A stretch of 64,000 nucleotides of DNA, taken from an uncultured Nitrososphaerota archaeon (lineage in GTDB: Archaea > Thermoproteota > Nitrososphaeria > Nitrososphaerales > CADDZS01). The translations under genes and the position numbers were made by a program. Positions 57,643-64,000 of the stretch are shown one piece after another. Location: the NCBI GenBank assembly GCA_963799845.1, contig CAWCYI010000008.1, positions 1-64,000 of the forward strand. The letters run 5' to 3'. The notes under the pieces were generated by a model, which did not search any database, was not told the DNA's origin, and was given only the letters and a program-made list of their open reading frames with translations. Every line of letters begins with the position of its first letter. Positions within the stretch are counted from its first letter, which is position 1.

Positions 57643-58164
57643 ATGCATGGTTCTGCGCTGAATTTTTCGTTGACAACAACTCAAATCAATAAGCAGATCC
57701 TGACTTCTGGCATAGTTAACCGGAAAAAGAAGACAAAACTCGGAGTGGTGAGCACAATTTGCCTCGCAAAGACTCACGATTCTCGCACTAACGATGAAGT
57801 CGTAATCCCAATCCATGGGAGCTTCAAGAATAGACCGGAAAGAATAGTGGAAATTCTGAAGGTAATCGATATGGAAATCGAAAACGGCTATGCGCCGCTT
57901 CTCATCCATTGCAAGAATGGCCGGGATCGTTCTCCGACGATAGCAGCATTATACTTGTTTTACAAGGGCAAGTTTGACGACTTTGATTCTGCTTTGGAAC
58001 ACGTCAAAAGTAAGAACAGCTCAATAAAACCGAATAAGGAATTCGTGAAATTCATCGGCGAACAGGTCTTGCATCTGATAGACTCAGAAGACACCGGGAA
58101 AGATCTGAGGAAAAGCCAAAGAGACAGCCACGCGAAACAGGCCGCGACTGAAAAACCTGAATAG
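57643..58164 (+). CDS. Dual-specificity protein phosphatase
   Basis: LIHCKNGRDRSPT (HCxxGxxRS), IKPN..F. Confidence 0.88.
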   Translation: MHGSALNFSLTTTQINKQILTSGIVNRKKKTKLGVVSTICLAKTHDSRTNDEVVIPIHGSFKNRPERIVEILKVIDMEIENGYAPLLIHCKNGRDRSPTIAALYLFYKGKFDDFDSALEHVKSKNSSIKPNKEFVKFIGEQVLHLIDSEDTGKDLRKSQRDSHAKQAATEKPE

Positions 58165-58526
58165 AGAAGAGATCTTTTCCTCCCATTACTGGAAAACTTC
58201 GCTGACCGTGACGAGCGAAATCGTTCGTCATGATCATTCTTTCTCCCTAATTCAGAGATTTCATGTGCCTATTGGATGGACACGCGAATAGGATAGGTCT
58301 GTTCTGTTTCGTTTCTTGCTTTCTTTTCCCTTTGCCTTTTGTCCCGCCCTAATTTGTTTAGACATTTATTGAACAGAGTAATCAAGTGCGTACTAGTACT
58401 TAAGGAACGAAAATAGATGATCTGAAAATAATTGGTTAATTTATCCAAGAAAGGCTTCCGTTTCATGTCGACTTGGTTATCTGAGGGAAGAAATGTGATT
58501 GGTTTGTATCAATATTTTGGCAGAAA

Positions 58527-60884
58527 TTGAGTAACTGGTTTTCATATCCCGAAATCTCACCTTCACGAGGATGCCACAAGTGTGAAGAGTTCGTGACAGA
58601 AACCATTCGGAAGATCGCGTTTCTCGGCGACTATTTGCCGCGCAAATGCGGCATTGCCACGTTCACGAAGGACTTGTACTCCTCTTTTGCGAAAGAGTTT
58701 CCGGCGATCCATTGCTCGGTCGTGTCAGTCAACGATGTCGAAGGTGGCTATGATTACCCAACCGAAGTGAACTTCGAGATTGCGGAGCAGGACTTGACGT
58801 CCTACCTGCGCGCATCAGATTTCCTCAACATTACGGGAGTTGACGTCATTTGCGTGCAGCATGAGTTCGGCATTTTCGGCGGGCCATCCGGCAGTCATGT
58901 GCTGTCGTTGCTACGCGAGCTGCGAATGCCCATCGTCACTACTCTTCATACGATTCTCCGCGAGCCCAACGCAGAGCAGCGACTTGTGATGCGCGAATTG
59001 ATCGGACTTTCGACGCGACTCGTGGTCATGACTGAGCAGGGCCGGGAGTTGCTTCAGGAAGTCTATCATGCAGCGTCACGCAAGATAGACCTCATTCCGC
59101 ATGGCATTCCCGACATAACGTTTTCAGCCCCGAATTTTTTCAAAGAATTCGACGTGGAGGGCAAGCAAGTCCTGCTTACGTTCGGACTGCTCTCGCCGAA
59201 CAAGGGCATTGAGTACGCATTTCGTGCGTTGCCGGACATTATCCGGGAATTTCCGAACATCGTCTATATTGTGCTGGGAGAGACGCATCCGAATCTGCTC
59301 CGCGAGGAAGGCGAGGCTTACCGACTGAGTCTGGAGCGACTGGCTAAAGTCCTTGGCGTGGATAAGCATGTTGTGTTCTTCAATCGCTTCGTTGAATTGG
59401 ATGATTTGAAGCGGTTCATCGGTGTGGCGGACATTTATCTGACACCTTACCTAACGGAGGCTCAAGTCACTTCGGGCACACTAGCCTACGCATTTGGGTC
59501 AGGCAAAGCGGTGGTGTCCACGCCCTACTGGCATGCGGCGGAGTTGCTGGCAGCGGGTCGCGGCAAATTGGTGCCATTCCGCGATGCAAAGGCTATCTCC
59601 GTCGCCGTGATCGAACTTCTTCGCGATGATCCGCTGCGCGACTCGATGCGGAAAAACGCTTACAAGATAGGACGCGACATGGTTTGGATACGTGTGGCGC
59701 AGCTCTACATGAAGTCTTTCGAGCAAGCGCGCAGGGATCACGACTTAATTGGATATGAATTACCACCCATCAAAATGCTCGACAAACAGCGCGGCCAGTT
59801 GCCGGAGATGAAGCTCGATCACCTGTTTCGGATGAGTGATTCGACAGGCATGTTCCAGCATGCGAGCTTCACCGTGCCGAATTTCGCCGAAGGCTATTGT
59901 ACGGATGATAATGCACGTGCCTTAGTGCTGTCGCTGATGTTGCAAAATTTGGGCCATGGCTCATCGCGCCTCAGCACGCAGGCGGCAACCTATGCCGCAT
60001 TTCTGAATCACGCATTCGACCGTAAGCGCAAGCGCTTCCGCAACTTCATGAGCTTCGACCGACGCTGGCTGGAGGAAGTCGGCTCTGAGGATTGTCATGG
60101 TCACGCGCTGTGGGCATTGGGGCTGTGTGCGTCACAGGCCAGCCAGGATAGTTTTCAAATGTTGGCGGTGGAATTGTTCGAACAGGCCGTACCCTTGGCC
60201 GCCGAGTTTACGTCGCCGCGTGCGTGGGCGTATACTCTCATCGGCATTGATGAATATTTGCGACACTCTAGTGAGGACCGGCGGGCGAACCAGATTCGTG
60301 AATTGCTCACGGCAAAACTCGTGCAGCGCTACGCTGACGCTGCCACAGACGAGTGGCAGTGGTTCGAAGAAGTGCTCTCTTATGCCAATGCAACGCTGGC
60401 GCACGCAATGATTCTAAGCGGGCGCAGCATGAATAACGGAACTATATTGGAACTCGGCCTCTTGACGTTGCGGTGGCTGACAAAAATTCAGACTTCTGAT
60501 GAAGGCTCCTTCCGGCCGATCGGCTCAAATGGATTTTTTCCACGTGGCAAGGAACGCGCGACCTTTGATCAACAACCCATCGAAGCACAAGCAACAGTTT
60601 CTGCCTGCATCGAAGCGTATCACGCAACGAGTGATGAGATTTGGGTCACGGAAGCGTGGCGTGCTTTTGAATGGTTCCTCGGTAGAAACGACTTGAGACT
60701 GACACTCTATGATTCGACCACAGGGGGCTGTCGGGACGGATTGCATGTGAACCGTCTGAGTCAAAACCAGGGTGCCGAGTCCACACTCGCTTTCTTGCTC
60801 GCACTCACGGAAATGGAGTCACTGCAGAACACCATCGATCTTCAAGGAACCAGCATGACAAGCGCACGGGCACAGATTTTGTAG
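58527..60884 (+). CDS. GT4 glycosyltransferase fused to a glycosidase-like C-terminal domain
   Basis: PRKCGIATF, QHEFGIFGG, FGLLSPNKGIE, TSGTLAYA, YCTDDNARAL, FDQQPIEA, NQGAESTL; real start probably near 58593. Confidence 0.9.
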   Translation: MSNWFSYPEISPSRGCHKCEEFVTETIRKIAFLGDYLPRKCGIATFTKDLYSSFAKEFPAIHCSVVSVNDVEGGYDYPTEVNFEIAEQDLTSYLRASDFLNITGVDVICVQHEFGIFGGPSGSHVLSLLRELRMPIVTTLHTILREPNAEQRLVMRELIGLSTRLVVMTEQGRELLQEVYHAASRKIDLIPHGIPDITFSAPNFFKEFDVEGKQVLLTFGLLSPNKGIEYAFRALPDIIREFPNIVYIVLGETHPNLLREEGEAYRLSLERLAKVLGVDKHVVFFNRFVELDDLKRFIGVADIYLTPYLTEAQVTSGTLAYAFGSGKAVVSTPYWHAAELLAAGRGKLVPFRDAKAISVAVIELLRDDPLRDSMRKNAYKIGRDMVWIRVAQLYMKSFEQARRDHDLIGYELPPIKMLDKQRGQLPEMKLDHLFRMSDSTGMFQHASFTVPNFAEGYCTDDNARALVLSLMLQNLGHGSSRLSTQAATYAAFLNHAFDRKRKRFRNFMSFDRRWLEEVGSEDCHGHALWALGLCASQASQDSFQMLAVELFEQAVPLAAEFTSPRAWAYTLIGIDEYLRHSSEDRRANQIRELLTAKLVQRYADAATDEWQWFEEVLSYANATLAHAMILSGRSMNNGTILELGLLTLRWLTKIQTSDEGSFRPIGSNGFFPRGKERATFDQQPIEAQATVSACIEAYHATSDEIWVTEAWRAFEWFLGRNDLRLTLYDSTTGGCRDGLHVNRLSQNQGAESTLAFLLALTEMESLQNTIDLQGTSMTSARAQIL

Positions 60885-60954
60885 ACTAGACCGTCAACTT
60901 TGATCAAGGCTGGCAAATAATCGTCCTTGGTCAAAACATCCCCGCCGACGAAAT

Positions 60955-62424
60955 TTGACTGCCCTCACCCTATCACCCGTGCAAGCCAAACGCATGGGAC
61001 CAACCCTCGTTCCCGACCGATCGCGAGTGCTCATGCGCCCCTTTTATCCGACCAGTGACGATGTCGCCCGCAGGATTGTCGCCCGTGTCATGGCTCTTTC
61101 GGATAAAACAGTCGCCCAACTGCTGGATCAGGTGATGGGCGAGTTTGAGGATCGGCACGAGAATGCTGAAAGAATTTTCCGCAATCGCTTCGCGGAGGTG
61201 CGCCATTACCTTGACGAAGAGTTGGAGCCTTCGGTGGAGCGGCAGGCGCTCATCGGCTCTCACTTCACGCACGAATACTCTCCAGAATCCGCGGCTCTGT
61301 TTAATCCTTCCATCGTACTACACCCGGATCAGACAGGACTGGCTAAAGGCGCGGTCCGTTTCATCTTGAGTTTGCGGGCAACGGGCGAAGGGCATATTTC
61401 CTCTATCACGTTCCGAGTCGGCGTCGTCAGTGCGCGGAGCCGGATCACCCTCATGCGGCCGGTGCCGTTTGTCACGGAGCCAGAGCGCGTGTCGGACGCC
61501 ACTTACGACAAACCTCAATTTGCGCGTAAACTAAAGGAAGGGGATGTGCAGGACTACTTTTGTCAGCGCGTGTTGGATCAACTCCCCGAGGCTTTCGTCC
61601 TGGACGACCTGCATCGCATAGTGACAGCGGAGCGCCGGAAAACGGATTCGGCCGATGCCACGATTGACCGTGCCGCGCGCGAAATCCTACTGTTAGCAGA
61701 GTCGAACTACGAAGTAAACTTCGCCTCCGGCAGCCAAATCTCGCAGCGCATCATCTTTCCGTCCACGGCAAGCCAGCGGAACGGCATCGAGGACGCTCGC
61801 TTTGTCCGCTTCGAGAACGAGGATGACAGCTTCACCTACTACGCAACTTACACCGCCTACGACGGCAAGATTACCCTTCCGCAATTGCTGGAGACGTCGA
61901 ACTTTGTCCACTTCAAATTCAGCACGCTCAATGGCCCCGCCGTGGAAAACAAGGGCATGGCGCTTTTCCCGCGCAAAATCAACGGCCGTTACGTTATGCT
62001 TTCGCGCCAGGACGACGAGAACATTTTGATCATGTTTTCCAACAACATCCATTTCTGGGAAAAGCCCAAGTTGCTACTCTCGCCTTCGCAACCGTGGGAA
62101 TTCTTCAAGATGGGTAACTGCGGCTCACCCATTGAAACCGAAGCTGGCTGGCTTGTCATAAGTCACGGCGTCGGGGCCATGCGCAAGTATTGCCTCGGGG
62201 CATTCTTACTCGACTTGAACGATCCCACGCGCGTAATTGGCCGCCTGCGCGAACCTTTGCTGTCTCCGAACGAATCAGAGCGGGAGGGCTACGTACCGAA
62301 TGTCGTCTACACTTGCGGCGCGCTGCTTCACGGACGTCAACTCGTCATCCCTTACGCGATGAGTGACTCCGCCACAACGTTTGCGACTGTGTCCCTGGAT
62401 GAGCTGTTGCACGCCATGGAATAG
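60955..62424 (+). CDS. GH130-family glycosidase/phosphorylase
   Basis: AALFNPS, GIEDARF, YTAYDG, NKGMALFPRKI, GNCGSP, GYVPNVVY. Confidence 0.9.
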   Translation: MTALTLSPVQAKRMGPTLVPDRSRVLMRPFYPTSDDVARRIVARVMALSDKTVAQLLDQVMGEFEDRHENAERIFRNRFAEVRHYLDEELEPSVERQALIGSHFTHEYSPESAALFNPSIVLHPDQTGLAKGAVRFILSLRATGEGHISSITFRVGVVSARSRITLMRPVPFVTEPERVSDATYDKPQFARKLKEGDVQDYFCQRVLDQLPEAFVLDDLHRIVTAERRKTDSADATIDRAAREILLLAESNYEVNFASGSQISQRIIFPSTASQRNGIEDARFVRFENEDDSFTYYATYTAYDGKITLPQLLETSNFVHFKFSTLNGPAVENKGMALFPRKINGRYVMLSRQDDENILIMFSNNIHFWEKPKLLLSPSQPWEFFKMGNCGSPIETEAGWLVISHGVGAMRKYCLGAFLLDLNDPTRVIGRLREPLLSPNESEREGYVPNVVYTCGALLHGRQLVIPYAMSDSATTFATVSLDELLHAME

Positions 62425-62548
62425 AAATTAGCCCTCTGCCATGTTTTTCATCAGATAACGGTTACGCTAAGCCCTCTTCCAACAAAGAGTACAGTACCGT
62501 TGTAGAACTCTTTGCGAGTATTTCACCTTCCTCACGGCTCGATTGACA

Positions 62549-62760
62549 TTATGATATCGTCGAAAAGCATCCAGCGCATTGGGTTTTCTTTGGGATTATT
62601 CCGACTTGCTTGGTTCCCAATTTTACATACAGCTGAACTGCCCACGAATTAGTATGAAATGCAGCTAGTTCGATTGAGACCAAGCCAGCCTTTCGACATT
62701 CATCCAAAGTAGTTCGAACCAATTCGGATCCGATCCGCTGATCAGTAGAACGGCCAAAGC
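62549..62760 (-). pseudogene. GNAT acetyltransferase C-terminal remnant
   Basis: IGSELV....D.CRKAG...IEL.....N..AV.LY.KLG. Confidence 0.5.
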
Positions 62761-62968
62761 CAACATAGACGGTCAGAAAACACAAGCAGATTAGTGATTC
62801 GGGAACACCCTGTTTAGTAGCTGATAGTTCGATCAACTCCTTAACCATAAGCTAAGATATGGTTTGTTCCAATGAAAACCGTTGAAAAGAACTTAATCGT
62901 ATCACATTAAGGAAACGCAATGAATATCAAGAAACCTGTACAGATCTATTATGTCATCTGCAGGCGAC

Positions 62969-63170
62969 TCATATCTCGGCTCTTTCTGTAATCCCTTTTC
63001 CTTCAGAAACAAATAACTTGGGTTTGCCACCATCCATCCGTACGTAGCTATTGTGAATTGGTGCGGTCGTGATCCAAGAGCCGGTGTTTGCAACGTTCTC
63101 GGCCTTGTTTACAAATGGCCGGTGCGTATGCCCAAAGATGAGAACTTCACCCCAGCTTAGTTTACCCTGG
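62969..63170 (-). pseudogene. Metallophosphoesterase C-terminal remnant
   Basis: LIFGHTHRPF...ANTGSW; N-terminal metal-binding motifs absent. Confidence 0.65.
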
Positions 63171-63213
63171 CGAGATAATGCGTCAGCCGAGTTTCTCTCC
63201 GACACTTCTGAGT

Positions 63214-63639
63214 TCAAAATGAGAGGAAGACCGGATTTAGAATATGGTTTACTTTTTCTTCAGCATCTCTGCGCGGAAGCTCTCCAAGCTCTGCCTCCCA
63301 CTTTTCGAGAACGGGAGTAGAATACATCCTCAGAGCCTTCTCACTTTCGATGCCCGTTCCATATTCGACGATACGTCGAATTACTTTCTCCCTTCTGTCA
63401 TATTGTTTCTCAAGCCGCTCTACGAGCTTTCTTAGTTTTTGCTGGTCTTTCTCGTAATCCTCAAAAGGAAGCCCCTGCTCGAGCGCCTCCATGTCGTTCA
63501 CCATCTCTTCTTCATCAGGAACCTCATATGCCTCTGTCTTTTCCATTGAATCCAGCATCCCTTTTTTCGTTTCTGATCCTAACGAATACGCGTTATATAA
63601 GACGGCGATAGGATTCTTAGATGTGATAATGGCGTGCAA
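63214..63639 (-). CDS. Hypothetical acidic helical protein
   Basis: Glu-rich ORF; no family recognised. Confidence 0.45.
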   Translation of the reverse strand: MHAIITSKNPIAVLYNAYSLGSETKKGMLDSMEKTEAYEVPDEEEMVNDMEALEQGLPFEDYEKDQQKLRKLVERLEKQYDRREKVIRRIVEYGTGIESEKALRMYSTPVLEKWEAELGELPRRDAEEKVNHILNPVFLSF

Positions 63640-64000
63640 AGCTGGATGAAAAAAAGAAACCGCGAAATAGGTAATTTTACATCCACGAACACCGGAGAAA
63701 GTACTTCAAAGACTGTTTCCTGTTCAACATCTCAAAGCGAAAACCCATCGAATTTGAGTGCAACTTCATCTTACGAGATTGCAGCGGTTGCCGTCGCTGT
63801 TGTTTCTGTGTTGGGCGTCCTTATTTTCCGACGACCTCTCCTTGCGAAGGATTTCGAGCTGTTTTTTTCTCGCTGCTGTTCGCAGTGAGAAATCTAGCAT
63901 CTCCTGGCCTCAGATTTCCCACCTGACTGAATATCTCAATTCTTCACAACCTATCGTGATGAATACATCAATTCAGAGAGTTATTTTTGAGGTAGATTTT

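Overview
Archaeal chromosomal window. Evidence: PCNA, archaeal Elp3, DRG GTPase, PAC2, archaeal-type UMP kinase, and intron-containing tRNAs without encoded CCA. Gene content suggests a non-ammonia-oxidising Nitrososphaerota/Thaumarchaeota-like lineage (inference). Housekeeping and metabolic genes (pyrH, queC, transaldolase, pcn, citrate synthase, MoxR/DUF58 cluster, nth, elp3, class I FBPase plus DhnA aldolase, drg) are interspersed with mobile DNA. There are two IS630 copies with CTAG ends, one sitting exactly in the shared stop codons of two convergent genes. A tyrosine integrase lies next to a tRNA-Leu(CAA) that carries three introns (14/15, 30/31, 37/38). A 2.8-kb islet is bounded by a degenerate copy of the tRNA-Leu(CAG) 3' end. 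A decayed ~6.2-kb virus/plasmid-like island is bounded by a duplicated 3' end of the drg gene and contains a nested cassette inside an AbrB-like gene. A GC-rich, bacterial-looking GT4/GH130 pair lies near the right end. Several conserved genes carry single-base indels that are probably assembly errors. No CRISPR array or rRNA was seen. All family assignments come from motif recognition by eye, not database searches.
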